DNA of 42,843 nucleotides from Flavobacteriales bacterium (GCA_044345355.1 JBIJBG010000002.1:1-42843); one strand, 5' to 3'; positions 1-9,747 are shown, counted from the stretch's first letter. Notes: generated by a model not told the origin, from the letters alone. Numbers and translations are program-made.

Positions 1-127
1 AAAACGAACGGCAGTACAAAGGGGTGAAACGCCCCTTGATTACATTAAACGCACGGCCGTAACCCATCATGCCGAAGCCCTCGCCTTCGAACTGTATTTC
101 CACTTTGGCCACGCCTACTTTATACAT
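1..127 (-). CDS. 5' end (42 codons) of a gene that continues beyond the window. The N-terminus resembles neutral/alkaline ceramidase-family proteins (tentative).
   Basis: ATG at 125-127 (minus strand) opens a frame with no stop down to position 1: MYKVGVAKVEIQFEGEGFGMMGYGRAFNVIKGRFTPLYCRSF. It is missing from the ORF track only because it is truncated. It starts 22 nt after the stop of the 149-1141 gene on the same strand. The GxAKVxI...GMMGYG...PLYxR pattern recalls ceramidase N-terminal domains (from memory). Confidence 0.4.
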   Translation of the reverse strand, partial: MYKVGVAKVEIQFEGEGFGMMGYGRAFNVIKGRFTPLYCRSF

Positions 128-148
128 AAAATACGGTTTGTCTTTTAT

Positions 149-1141
149 TTAAATTCCCCTCAAATCACGGATCATGCCGGCCACATCGGTATTGCTCCCC
201 GAATAGCCGGAAACAAAATTTTGCCGCACGATATGACCCGGCCCCGCTACGAAACAAAAAATCTGCGCGGTAAGAGGATCATCCATCCCATGGTCGCATC
301 CGGGACTACCGAATTCATCCAACAAGGAATTGGAATATCCGTTTCTTCCGAAATCGGGAATAACCACCATAGCTGTTTCATCCCTGAGGACGTCATTATT
401 TTGAATCGTTTTCCATAAAAAATGCACGGAGAGGCTCATGGCCGTCAGATTCTCCAAATACTTGGAAAAACTTCCGTGCGCCTCATCAGCCCCAAAAAAA
501 GTGACACATAAAAACTCCGGATTTTCCAAGAGCAGCTCATGGGCCGCCGTTTCCGCCAGACGGATATCCTCGTAATTTTCCCTGAGTTCGGGTGAAAAAT
601 CCGAAAACCCGGTTTGATTTTCACAAGACGCAGATCCACGGATGTGTTTCCGAAAGGCTCCCCGGAAACCATAGGAAGCATAGAAGGGTCGGTCAGGGGT
701 CACTAAAATGGCCTTACCGCGGGTTTCACGAAACAGTGCCGTGTCCGAAAAATCTTTTGTGCGCACGGTTTCCTCATCCAAAACACGCCCGTCCAGCAGA
801 TTCATAAGCGCCATCCGGTGACCTGCCGCGGTTCCCCTGTAGGTAAATTCGGGGAAAAAGGTGGCCCCGTGAGACAACGGAATTACTCCTGCACAGGCAT
901 CTTTCAACCGACCGGGAACGGCGGAACTTAAAGGCCCTTCAAACAATCCGGGCATCAGATTTCCGAAACGCATGCCGGCTGCTTCGCTATGGCGGACCCC
1001 GCCACCGGCCACACACAAAACCACACGCTTCACGGTTTTGGAAGCGTATGCAGAATTGCTCTGAAAACCTGCCCGGACGGGAATAACCGCCATCCCCGCG
1101 GATAGCACCGATGCGTTTTTCAGAAAAAGCCTGCGATTCAT
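149..1141 (-). CDS. Tat-signal secreted protein of unknown function, possibly DUF1501 / alkaline-phosphatase-superfamily-like
   Basis: Long ORF. The track start at 1150 is TTG and the first ATG is at 1141, giving MNRRLFLKNASVLSAGMAV, a textbook twin-arginine motif (RRxFLK). The C-terminal DFGRNG...GCDHG resembles the metal-site motifs of DUF1501/sulfatase-like proteins. Confidence 0.6.
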   Translation of the reverse strand: MNRRLFLKNASVLSAGMAVIPVRAGFQSNSAYASKTVKRVVLCVAGGGVRHSEAAGMRFGNLMPGLFEGPLSSAVPGRLKDACAGVIPLSHGATFFPEFTYRGTAAGHRMALMNLLDGRVLDEETVRTKDFSDTALFRETRGKAILVTPDRPFYASYGFRGAFRKHIRGSASCENQTGFSDFSPELRENYEDIRLAETAAHELLLENPEFLCVTFFGADEAHGSFSKYLENLTAMSLSVHFLWKTIQNNDVLRDETAMVVIPDFGRNGYSNSLLDEFGSPGCDHGMDDPLTAQIFCFVAGPGHIVRQNFVSGYSGSNTDVAGMIRDLRGI

Positions 1142-1282
1142 GGGAGCCAAAATTGGTGAAAATATTTGGCATTATCAATCATCCTGCCTGCTTCCGTGTT
1201 TTTTATTTTTCGCTTATTTTCCGGGTACAGACGCCCAAAAATGTTTTAGGAAAATTGGCCGCAAGTGCATTACATTTGAACC

Positions 1283-2191
1283 ATGATTATCAGACAGCCC
1301 GTTTTTATTTTGTTGTTGATTCTCTTTTTAAGCCCCTCGGTAGCTTCGGGTCAAAAGAAAGAGAAGGAGGAACCGCGCGACAGGAACTTCGTATCCTTCG
1401 GGTTGGAGGTAAGTCCGATTATTCCCACGGGCCTGTTCAACCGGTCGCTTTCCCGGGTTGAAAACCAGAGTGAACAATTGACATTTTCATTAGATCCTTT
1501 GCTGAGTTACCGGTTCGGAGGCGCCCTCCGTTTTGACGTGTTTAATTTCCGCCGCCTTAAACTGGGTAACATGTTTACCTTCAATACGGGCATTTTTTAC
1601 AACCGGCGGGCGTTCCGGGTTGAGGTGCGGGATGTATCCAACCCGGTGGAAGACCAACTGCTCATTTCGGACCGTTTCCGCTACATTTCCTACGAAATAC
1701 CACTCATGCTGCAACTGCACCTGCAGGCCTCGGAAAAAATTTGGGTAAATTTTGCCGTGGGTACCGGATTGGAATTTTTCCCGAGTAAAGTAAGCACCTC
1801 TACGGAGGATAATCCAGACGGACCGAAGAAAGGCGAAGCCGGTTATTACCTGCAATACACCACCGATAAATTTAAAGTCTTGGCTCCGTTAAAAGCCTCA
1901 TTCGGGGCAGAATACAGGACCGAAAAATCGGGCTATTTCGGGTTAGGCGTTTCCATCAGCCGGCCCATGCCGTATATGGCCGATACCTACCTGGAATACT
2001 GGAAAAATAGTGGGCAGGAAACTTACGCGGTTTATCCCTACGGATCAAAAGCAGACGAAAACCTTCCCATTCGAAACCAAGGCATGTTTCTTTCGGTAGA
2101 TTTCCGCTATTATTTTCAGCCCTCGAGGCACGAGCGTGAAAAAGTGCCCAGCTACATCCGGGACAGACAAAAAAACAAAAACAGGAAGTAG
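1283..2191 (+). CDS. Secreted or outer-membrane beta-barrel-like hypothetical protein
   Basis: ATG start. Signal peptide MIIRQPVFILLLILFLSPSVASGQ. Alternating aromatic/hydrophilic pattern with ...LSVDFRYYF near the C-terminus, typical of OM beta-barrels. No family recognised. Confidence 0.55.
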   Translation: MIIRQPVFILLLILFLSPSVASGQKKEKEEPRDRNFVSFGLEVSPIIPTGLFNRSLSRVENQSEQLTFSLDPLLSYRFGGALRFDVFNFRRLKLGNMFTFNTGIFYNRRAFRVEVRDVSNPVEDQLLISDRFRYISYEIPLMLQLHLQASEKIWVNFAVGTGLEFFPSKVSTSTEDNPDGPKKGEAGYYLQYTTDKFKVLAPLKASFGAEYRTEKSGYFGLGVSISRPMPYMADTYLEYWKNSGQETYAVYPYGSKADENLPIRNQGMFLSVDFRYYFQPSRHEREKVPSYIRDRQKNKNRK

Positions 2192-2288
2192 GGAAACGCG
2201 AAAAAATCACCTTTTCGGGGGATACTTTCTTGAATGAAGCCTTTGCACATTTGTACCATTATTTAGAATCAGTCTAATTAAAAATAAT

Positions 2289-3341
2289 ATGATTTCCACC
2301 GCCGCCAAAAAACAAGCGCTGAGTGAGGCCTACTCCCGCTACCTGGAACAAAACCCCACGGCCCGCATCCGCAATGCTGCCGCAGATTTGGGCGTATCCG
2401 AAATGGAATTACTTTGCCTGTCCGCTCCCGAAAAAGCGGCTCCTCTCCAAAATAATTTTGAGGATTTTCTGAAAGAGGTGAAAACCTGCGGAAAAGTGAT
2501 GGCACTCACCCGGAACGAGGAGGCGGTGCATGAGCGTAAAGGATCCTACCTCAATGTTTCCTTCAACCCGCATGCCGGTTTGGTATTGGGCCTGGATATT
2601 GACTTACGCTTATTCATGGGAAAATGGAAGTTCGGGTTTGCCGTGGCAGAGCCTTTCCGCGGGGAGGAACGGTTTTCTTTTCAATTTTTCGATGCCGCCG
2701 GACAAGCGGTTCATAAAATTTACATGACGGAACATTCAGATCTGGCGGCGTATCAAATGCTTCGAGAAAAATATGCACTTGCTCCAGATCCCACCTATTT
2801 CCCCGAAGTGACGCCCGCCGCAAAACCCGTAAGAACGATTAATCCAAATCCCGATTTGCCCGGTTTTCAAAAGGCATGGACCGAGCTCAAAGACACCCAC
2901 GATTTCTACATTCTTTTGCGGAATTTCAGAATGGATCGGGTGCAGGCGTTGGAGCTTGCGCCGGAAGGGTACACCCGGAAAATGCCGGCCCATTTCTTCA
3001 AAAATATCCTTTCCGGAGCAGCGGAAAAGCAGGTTGACATCATGGTTTTCGTGGGCAATCACGGATCCATCCAGATTCATACGGGTCCGGTGCAGAAACT
3101 CCTTCAGACCGGAGAGTGGTTTAACGTGCTGGATGAGGATTTCAACCTGCACCTGAACGAAAACGGAATCAGTGCAACCTGGCTGGTGAAAAAGCCCACC
3201 ACGGACGGAATGGTCAATTCGGTGGAATGTTATGATCAAAACGGCGAATTGATTGTTCAATTCTTCGGCAAACGCAAACCGGGAAATCCGGAATCAGAAG
3301 ATTGGAGATTGCTTTTAGATGCGTGCGCCGCAGAACAATAA
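2289..3341 (+). CDS. hemS: Hemin-degrading factor / heme-binding protein, HemS/ChuS/PhuS family
   Basis: The 350-aa size fits the family. The N-terminal ...NPTARIRNAAADLGVSEMELL... and especially the GKVMALTRNEEAVHERKG block match conserved HemS/ChuS motifs. Confidence 0.75.
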   Translation: MISTAAKKQALSEAYSRYLEQNPTARIRNAAADLGVSEMELLCLSAPEKAAPLQNNFEDFLKEVKTCGKVMALTRNEEAVHERKGSYLNVSFNPHAGLVLGLDIDLRLFMGKWKFGFAVAEPFRGEERFSFQFFDAAGQAVHKIYMTEHSDLAAYQMLREKYALAPDPTYFPEVTPAAKPVRTINPNPDLPGFQKAWTELKDTHDFYILLRNFRMDRVQALELAPEGYTRKMPAHFFKNILSGAAEKQVDIMVFVGNHGSIQIHTGPVQKLLQTGEWFNVLDEDFNLHLNENGISATWLVKKPTTDGMVNSVECYDQNGELIVQFFGKRKPGNPESEDWRLLLDACAAEQ

Positions 3342-3350
3342 TCGGTAAGC

Positions 3351-3992
3351 ATGGCTAAATCGGAATTAAAAAAGAAATCACTGCTCCTGGTAGACGGAAA
3401 TTACCTGATGAGGCAGGGACTCATTTCGATTTTGCGCGAACAACCTGATTTTGATATTTTGGGAGAGACCGACTCTTTTGAGGAGGTTATCCCATTCATT
3501 ACCCTAAACAAACCAGAAGGCATACTGATCGGCCTCAACCTGCAGAGCGGTTCCGGCATCTCCCTTATCCGCGAAATCAGAAGCCGTTTCCCGAAGATGA
3601 AAATCATCGTGATTGACACCAAGGAAGATGTGAATGAAATTATTTCCATACTCAAACTGGGAGCTCAGGGGTATATTCTGAAACAGTGTGACCGGAACGA
3701 AATTTTGGACGCCTTGCGCACCGTTTTCAGCGGAAAAACCTTTTTCTGTCACAACGTGATGACGCTTAACAAAACCATCGAAAGCGAAAAACCCGTGTTG
3801 GTTTCCGAAAGAGAACTACAGGTTCTTTCCCTTATTTCCGAGGGAATGACAAATAAAGAAATTGCCGAACGCATTTTTATCAGCGAGCACACGGTAGCCT
3901 CTCATCGCAAAAATCTGATGCGGAAATTTGAGGCAGGAAATAACGTGGATTTAGTCATAAAGGCCATCAAAGAGCGGATTATCATTCCCTGA
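3351..3992 (+). CDS. NarL/LuxR-family response regulator with an atypical (Asp-less) receiver domain
   Basis: REC-like N-terminus plus a C-terminal LuxR HTH (SERELQVLSLISEGMTNKEIAERIFISEHTVASHRKNLMRKF). It starts 9 nt after the hemS stop. The phospho-acceptor position reads ILIGLNLQSGSG instead of the usual xxxDxxMPxxxG. Confidence 0.8.
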   Translation: MAKSELKKKSLLLVDGNYLMRQGLISILREQPDFDILGETDSFEEVIPFITLNKPEGILIGLNLQSGSGISLIREIRSRFPKMKIIVIDTKEDVNEIISILKLGAQGYILKQCDRNEILDALRTVFSGKTFFCHNVMTLNKTIESEKPVLVSERELQVLSLISEGMTNKEIAERIFISEHTVASHRKNLMRKFEAGNNVDLVIKAIKERIIIP

Positions 3993-4040
3993 GGCAACTT
4001 TCTGCATGTAACTTCGTTTTTCATTCCATACATTTAGGGC

Positions 4041-5879
4041 ATGATTTGCGGAATTCCGATTTATCGTTTTCTTATCCTTGCAGCGATCAGTTTGGGCAGT
4101 TTTGCGAAAACTCACGCCCAGTTTGAAGCCAACGAACGTATCGCACTGGAGTATTTTCAATCGGGAGAGTGGGAGAAGGCTGCTTTACACTACCAAAAAC
4201 TGTACGAAAAAAACCCGGCGCAAGAGCCCTTTTACCGAAACCTACTGGCCTGTTATAAAAACCTGCAGGACCTGAAAGGTGCCGAAAAACTGGCCAAAAA
4301 ACAAATTTCCCGCTTCCCTAAGGAAGCCCATTTTTGGGTAGATCTTGGAATCATTTACCGGGATCAGGGTGAAGAAAAGCAGGCCAAAAAAGCCTTTGAT
4401 CAGGCCCTGCGCGAACTTATACCCCTCCCTGACCGGGTGGCCCGTCTAGCCGCGGCTTTCGTAGCGGCAAAAGAAACCGGTTATGCCATTTCTGCCTACA
4501 ACCTGGGAGAAAGCTATTCCGGCAAAGGAATGTATGCCTTCGAAATTACAGACCTGATTCTGCAGCTGGGTAATTATACTGAAGCCTCCGAAAAAATGCT
4601 GGAACTGCTTTCGGTAAATCCTTCCCTCATCAGCCGGGTGCAAACCCTACTCGTGCGCTACCTGGAAGAAGAAGCCGAAGGACCGTTTCAAACTGCACTG
4701 AAAGCCGCTCTGCTGAAAGAGATTCAGAAAAACCCGTCCGGAAATGTATATCCCGATTTGCTGATCTGGCTTTTCGTACAGCAAAAAAATTTCGATGCTG
4801 CCATAGTACAGGCCAAAGCATTGGACAAAAGGCTCAAAGAGCAGGGAGAACGGCTCATGGAATTGGGTAATATCTGTATGGAAAACGGAGACTATGCACG
4901 CGCCGTAAGCTGCTATGAATACGTAACAGGCAAAGGATGGAATTCCTACAGTTTTCAGACGGCCAAAACCCTTTTGGTAAAAGCTTACAGACTGAAAGTG
5001 ACCGGTTCCTACCGATATGTATCCGAAGACCTGCAGAAGTTGCGCAGCCTATACGAAGAAAGCTACGCTGAAATGGGTATTACTGAAACCACGGCAGGGC
5101 TTATCATTGATTACGCGGACCTCGAGGCTTTTTATTTGGACAATCCGGAAAAGGGAAAAACGCTTTTGGAAGGACTGCTCGCTGAAAACCGCATGGCACC
5201 GCGTGTATTGGCCGAAGCCAAATTAAAACTGGCCGACATTCTCATCGTGCTGGGCGACTTATGGGAGCCCGCTCTGCTCTATGGGCAGGTAGATAAAGAA
5301 TTTAAAAACGACCTTCCCGGGCAGGAGGCCAAATTTCGTAGTGCACGGCTCGCCTTTTTCCGCGGAGATTTCGAATTGGCGCAAAGTCAGGTAAAGGTGC
5401 TTAAAGCCTCTACGTCCAAGCTTATTGCCAACGATGCGCTCTCGCTGTCCCTCATCATCATCGACAACCTGGGAAGAGATAGTGTACGTGCCCCTTTAGA
5501 GTTCTTTGCCAAAGCTGATTTGGAAGCATTCCGCAATCAGCCCCGAAAAGCCTTAGAGACCTTAGATGACCTGTTGGGATTCTACGCCACCCATCCCATT
5601 GCCGATGAAGCAATATTCAAAAAGGCCCAGATATACATCAAATTAGGAGAATTTGACCGGGCAGCACAAAACCTTGAAATTATTTATTCCACCTACCCGG
5701 ACGATAACCTTGCCGATGCTGCCCTCTTTTTGGCAGCCGACCTGCAGGAAAAGGTGTTTGAAAACCGCGAAAAAGCCATGGAATTATTCGAAAAAATCAT
5801 CACCGAACATACCTCGAGCCTATTCACGGCTGAAGCCAGAAAACGATATAGAAAACTGCGGGGCGACCAGGTAAACTGA
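4041..5879 (+). CDS. Tetratricopeptide-repeat protein with signal peptide
   Basis: 612-aa ORF. N-terminal hydrophobic signal (IYRFLILAAISLGSFAKTHAQ). Repeated helical A/Y/L-rich TPR-like units (WEKAALHYQKLYEKNP, AKKAFDQAL, DYARAVSCYEYV, EFDRAAQNLEII). Confidence 0.75.
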   Translation: MICGIPIYRFLILAAISLGSFAKTHAQFEANERIALEYFQSGEWEKAALHYQKLYEKNPAQEPFYRNLLACYKNLQDLKGAEKLAKKQISRFPKEAHFWVDLGIIYRDQGEEKQAKKAFDQALRELIPLPDRVARLAAAFVAAKETGYAISAYNLGESYSGKGMYAFEITDLILQLGNYTEASEKMLELLSVNPSLISRVQTLLVRYLEEEAEGPFQTALKAALLKEIQKNPSGNVYPDLLIWLFVQQKNFDAAIVQAKALDKRLKEQGERLMELGNICMENGDYARAVSCYEYVTGKGWNSYSFQTAKTLLVKAYRLKVTGSYRYVSEDLQKLRSLYEESYAEMGITETTAGLIIDYADLEAFYLDNPEKGKTLLEGLLAENRMAPRVLAEAKLKLADILIVLGDLWEPALLYGQVDKEFKNDLPGQEAKFRSARLAFFRGDFELAQSQVKVLKASTSKLIANDALSLSLIIIDNLGRDSVRAPLEFFAKADLEAFRNQPRKALETLDDLLGFYATHPIADEAIFKKAQIYIKLGEFDRAAQNLEIIYSTYPDDNLADAALFLAADLQEKVFENREKAMELFEKIITEHTSSLFTAEARKRYRKLRGDQVN

Positions 5880-6020
5880 AAGACTGAAAAGTAATCGGGG
5901 AGAAAATGAGAGCGAAGCGTTAAAAAGAGCCCCGGCTTAATCCGCAGTAACGGATAATCAAACCAATCCTTCATGGTTCCTTTACCGTTAGATTATCCAA
6001 TTCCTTTCTGCATAATTTTG

Positions 6021-6836
6021 CTACCAGAGAGACTTCATCACTTCGCGCGTTTTTTGCCTGATTAAATCATGACCGGCGGGAATGCTGATGTGCCGGCATC
6101 CGGGATGCAGTCCGGCAACGAACAAAGCTCCGATGCGTGGATTTAGCACCGTATCGTATTGCCCGGTGATTATGAATGCCGGTATTTTCCGTGCGTTGAT
6201 AATGTCCTTGACGGTACGCAGATGCGGCCTGAGCAGTGCATAGGAACGCCAGGTGTAATATACCAGCTTACGCTTTTGTACCGTATTCAGATTTTCCGTG
6301 GCAAATTTCACTTCCTTTTCCGACACCATGCCCACGCGCGACATACCCTTCATCAGGCTGAACAGAAAATCAGGTTTCCGGATCATCGATTTATAAATAA
6401 GTTCTCCCGCCCTATTGCGGCTTACGAATCGATACCATCCGCTTTCCACCACCCCGTCGGGAGCAAAAAGAAAAATGCGGTCTATACGGTCCGGAAACAT
6501 TTCTACGGCGGCCAAAGCGGTTTTACCACCCAAACTGTAACCCATTACTGAAAAGGTAGAAATACCGTTGGTATCCAAAAATTTTTGGATAAGTCCTCGC
6601 CAGTTTCGGGGAGAAAAAGGCGCACTTTTTCTCTTATTCGGCGGATATTGGGAAAGGCCGTGATGAAACTGATCAAAAGAATATACGGTGTATTTATTTC
6701 CCAGGTCTTCCTCAAAAACCCGAAAAATATCGGCGTGTTGCCCGAAGCCGTGAAAGGCCAACAACGCGTGCGAACCATGCCCAAAAACTCTGCAGTGCAA
6801 ACGATACCCGTTAAACTCCGTATCTGTGAAAGACAT
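6021..6836 (-). CDS. Alpha/beta-fold hydrolase
   Basis: HGFGQ oxyanion-hole region, nucleophile elbow GYSLGG, and a C-terminal GH in IPAGHDL. The start was chosen at ATG 6836 (MSFTDTEF...), 7 nt after the sigma-factor stop. The track start at 6866 would overlap the sigma gene by 23 nt. Confidence 0.75.
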   Translation of the reverse strand: MSFTDTEFNGYRLHCRVFGHGSHALLAFHGFGQHADIFRVFEEDLGNKYTVYSFDQFHHGLSQYPPNKRKSAPFSPRNWRGLIQKFLDTNGISTFSVMGYSLGGKTALAAVEMFPDRIDRIFLFAPDGVVESGWYRFVSRNRAGELIYKSMIRKPDFLFSLMKGMSRVGMVSEKEVKFATENLNTVQKRKLVYYTWRSYALLRPHLRTVKDIINARKIPAFIITGQYDTVLNPRIGALFVAGLHPGCRHISIPAGHDLIRQKTREVMKSLW

Positions 6837-6843
6837 CTTTAAA

Positions 6844-7452
6844 TTACAAGTTTTCCTTCGAGGCATGCATAACCTGAGACAACAGGTCGCGCGCGCGAAA
6901 AAGCTGGGCTTTCACCGTACCGAGCGGCAAACCGGTCTCCCCGGCAATTTCTTCATACGAAAGCTGTTTGTAATACCTGAGCTCGATCAGATTTCGATAG
7001 CGGGGCTTCAACTTTTCGACAAAAGAGCGCAGCAATTCGGCTTTTTCGGCTGTAATCATTTCCTGCTCCGGGTTTTGATCAGCCGAACGAACGTCCAAAC
7101 GAATTGCCTCCCCGTCCTTACCGGTTTTGGAGCTCTCTATTGACAAAGTCTTTAATTTTTTCTTTCTCAAAAAATCGATACCGCCGTTGGTAGCTATACG
7201 AAAAAGCCAGGTACTGAATGCATAGTCGGGACGGAAATTGGGCAGATTACGAAAGGCTTTGGCAAACGTCTCTATGGTGAGATCTTCAGCATCCTCGCGG
7301 TTGGAAACCATTTTCACCAATAAAAAATAAATCGGTTCACGGTACTGCTCAAGCAATTCGGCAAACGCCTTTTGATCATGCTCATGTACGGCCCTGCGCA
7401 CAAGATCATAATCGTACTGAACCCGGTTATTTTTATTTATTTCTCTTTCCAT
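6844..7452 (-). CDS. RNA polymerase sigma-70 family (ECF-type) sigma factor
   Basis: Region 2 (IYFLLVKMVSNREDAEDLTIETFAKAF ... FSTWLFRIATNGGIDFLRKKK) and region 4 HTH (LSYEEIAGETGLPLGTVKAQLFRARDLL). 202 aa. Confidence 0.85.
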   Translation of the reverse strand: MEREINKNNRVQYDYDLVRRAVHEHDQKAFAELLEQYREPIYFLLVKMVSNREDAEDLTIETFAKAFRNLPNFRPDYAFSTWLFRIATNGGIDFLRKKKLKTLSIESSKTGKDGEAIRLDVRSADQNPEQEMITAEKAELLRSFVEKLKPRYRNLIELRYYKQLSYEEIAGETGLPLGTVKAQLFRARDLLSQVMHASKENL

Positions 7453-8555
7453 GAAACGCGCTTCACGAATTTGGAACTAACCATCTGCAAAAACAATGCT
7501 ACAGATAAAATACCTGACAAAATGGGTATAAAAAAAACCGAAATCCTGATTTTTAGCAGCTTAAAAACTGCATTGAAGATTAAGCCCTGGTAAAGAAATA
7601 TGAAGCTTAGAAACAAAACGAACTTAATGCCCGAGGGTTGAAAAACCCACACCAGGCCGCTCAGCCAAAACAGATACAACGACAGGTATTCCGAAGCCAA
7701 ATAAACTTTCAGCCCATTGGGGTAGCGGACAGCAGTTTTAAAATGACGTTTTTTCTGCCAAAACCAGGCCTTCCAACTTTCCGCAGGAAGGGAATAGGTA
7801 AAAGCGGCCGGATCAAGACAAACGGCCGTTGACTCAAACCGCGCATGGGCAGAAACAAACAAATCATCGTCGCCGAAAGGCAGATCTTCGTGGCCCGAAA
7901 AGCCGCCCCGGGCAACCCAGAATGATTTTCGGTAGGCCAGATTCCGACCCACTCCCATGTAAGGCCGCTTCCATAAATACCAGCCTACATAGCGGGCGGC
8001 TGTGAGTCCCGTTTCCATCTGAATGAGCCGATTGAGTAATCCGCTTTTGCGCTCATAGCCTCCATAGCCCAGCACAATCTGAATACCGGGCAAAAAGCAG
8101 GAAGCCATTTCCGAAGCCCAGCGGTTGGAGGCCGGACGGCAATCGGCATCGGTAAACAGCAGCAAATCGTGTTTCGCTTCGCAGATGCCGGCAGATAGCG
8201 CATTCTTCTTTCCTACCGGCTCCGGCAAATGAATGACACGCAGGCGCTCATCCCGGGCGGCAAATACCTCCAAAACGGAGGCCGTATCATCGCTGGAGCC
8301 GTCATTCACCACGATGATTTCCAATTCATCCCGTTCCTGAGCCAGCCACAAAGGCAGATGGTTGCGCAGATTCCCGGCCTCATCACGCGCAGCGATGATT
8401 ATACTCAACGGCTCGTGATTATATGGTTTAGCTTGCTCTCTGAAGAATAAAAATCTTCCGTAAATGCCGAACAGATGCAGCGAATACACTGCAAATGCCG
8501 CCACGCAAAAAGCAGCGGGTAAAATCATCCAGAATGAAACTTCCATATTACCCAT
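7437..8555 (-). CDS. Family 2 glycosyltransferase with N- and C-terminal membrane segments
   Basis: The GT-A signature LSIIIAARDEAGNL...IIVVNDGSSDDT and a later FTDADC (DxD-like) motif. The tail is hydrophobic. The 3' end overlaps the sigma-factor start by 16 nt. Confidence 0.75.
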   Translation of the reverse strand: MGNMEVSFWMILPAAFCVAAFAVYSLHLFGIYGRFLFFREQAKPYNHEPLSIIIAARDEAGNLRNHLPLWLAQERDELEIIVVNDGSSDDTASVLEVFAARDERLRVIHLPEPVGKKNALSAGICEAKHDLLLFTDADCRPASNRWASEMASCFLPGIQIVLGYGGYERKSGLLNRLIQMETGLTAARYVGWYLWKRPYMGVGRNLAYRKSFWVARGGFSGHEDLPFGDDDLFVSAHARFESTAVCLDPAAFTYSLPAESWKAWFWQKKRHFKTAVRYPNGLKVYLASEYLSLYLFWLSGLVWVFQPSGIKFVLFLSFIFLYQGLIFNAVFKLLKIRISVFFIPILSGILSVALFLQMVSSKFVKRVSWKEK

Positions 8556-8575
8556 GTAAATTCAGCCACATGGGA

Positions 8576-8583
8576 TACCTTTG
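8576..8583 (+). promoter_or_regulatory. Candidate Bacteroidetes -7 promoter box (TACCTTTG matches TAnnTTTG) just upstream of tgt
   Basis: The motif ends 4 nt before the tgt ATG (8588). That spacing would imply a leaderless or near-leaderless transcript. It is a single-motif match only. Confidence 0.25.
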
Positions 8584-8587
8584 CCCC

Positions 8588-9718
8588 ATGTTTTTTACCA
8601 TATCGGCCAAAGATAACAATTCGCGGGCCCGGGCGGGCGTGGTGCGCACTTCGCACGGAGACATTCAGACCCCCATTTTTATGCCTGTGGGCACCGCAGC
8701 CACCGTAAAAACGGTTCCGCAAAGCGCGCTCAAAAATCAGGTGAAGGCTCAGATCATTCTGGCCAATACCTACCATTTGTATCTGCGGCCGGGAACCGCC
8801 CTGCTCGAAAAAGCCGGCGGCGTGCACCGCTTTATGGACTGGAACGGTCCCATGCTCACCGACAGCGGCGGGTTTCAGGTGTTCAGTCTGGCGGCGCAGC
8901 GCAAAATCAAAGAAGAAGGGGTGATGTTCCGTTCGCATATTGACGGATCCAAACACTTATTCACTCCCGAAAATGTGATGGACATTCAGCGCAGCATCGG
9001 GGCCGATATCATCATGGCCTTTGATGAGTGCCCGCCTTACCCATGTGAATTTGCTTATGCCCGAAACAGCATGGAACTCACCCACCGCTGGCTCAAACGA
9101 TGCATGACGCGGTTTGCCGAAACCGAACCAAAATACGGCCACGAACAGGTGTTATTTCCGATTGTGCAGGGGAGCACCTTTCCTGAACTGCGCAAACAAA
9201 GTGCAGAATTCGTGGCGGAGTGTGACCTGCCGGGAAATGCGATAGGCGGTGTTTCGGTGGGCGAGCCTTCCGAACTGATTTATGAAATCACCGATCAGGT
9301 CACCCAAATTCTGCCCGAACATAAACCCCGCTACCTGATGGGCGTGGGTACTCCCGCCAATATTTTGGAATCCATCGCCATGGGCGTGGATATGTTTGAC
9401 TGCGTGATGCCATCGCGCAACGGGCGGCATGGATTCATTTTCACCGAGGAGGGGATCATCAATATCAAAAACGAACGATGGAAGGAAGATTTTACACCGA
9501 TTCATGAAGATGAAAACCTGTTCGGCGGTTCTGTTTATACGAAAGCCTATCTGCATCATCTGTTTAAATCGGGCGAAATATTGGGGATGCACATCGCCAC
9601 CATGCAGAATCTGCGTTTTTACCTGTGGTTAGTAACCACGGCCCGCAAAAAAATCCTAAACGGTGAATTTGCCGTGTGGAAAAAGGAGATGACTGAGAAG
9701 GTGGGGAGGCGGTTGTAA
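8588..9718 (+). CDS. tgt: tRNA-guanine transglycosylase (queuine tRNA-ribosyltransferase)
   Basis: Conserved blocks RARAGVVRTSHGDIQTPIFMPVGT, LTDSGGFQVFSL, IMAFDEC, GGVSVGE, YLMGVGTP, DMFDCVMPSRNGRHG. The start was moved to ATG 8588, which aligns with the E. coli Tgt N-terminus. The track ORF starts at 8495. Confidence 0.92.
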   Translation: MFFTISAKDNNSRARAGVVRTSHGDIQTPIFMPVGTAATVKTVPQSALKNQVKAQIILANTYHLYLRPGTALLEKAGGVHRFMDWNGPMLTDSGGFQVFSLAAQRKIKEEGVMFRSHIDGSKHLFTPENVMDIQRSIGADIIMAFDECPPYPCEFAYARNSMELTHRWLKRCMTRFAETEPKYGHEQVLFPIVQGSTFPELRKQSAEFVAECDLPGNAIGGVSVGEPSELIYEITDQVTQILPEHKPRYLMGVGTPANILESIAMGVDMFDCVMPSRNGRHGFIFTEEGIINIKNERWKEDFTPIHEDENLFGGSVYTKAYLHHLFKSGEILGMHIATMQNLRFYLWLVTTARKKILNGEFAVWKKEMTEKVGRRL

Positions 9719-9720
9719 AT

Positions 9721-9747
9721 AAAAAAGCCGGATTGCTCCAGCTTTTC
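9721..9747. terminator. Possible bidirectional terminator hairpin between convergent tgt and the T9SS cargo gene
   Basis: The sequence is aaaaAGCCGGAttgcTCCAGCTtttc. It forms an imperfect 7-bp stem flanked by an A-run and a T-run. Confidence 0.4.
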
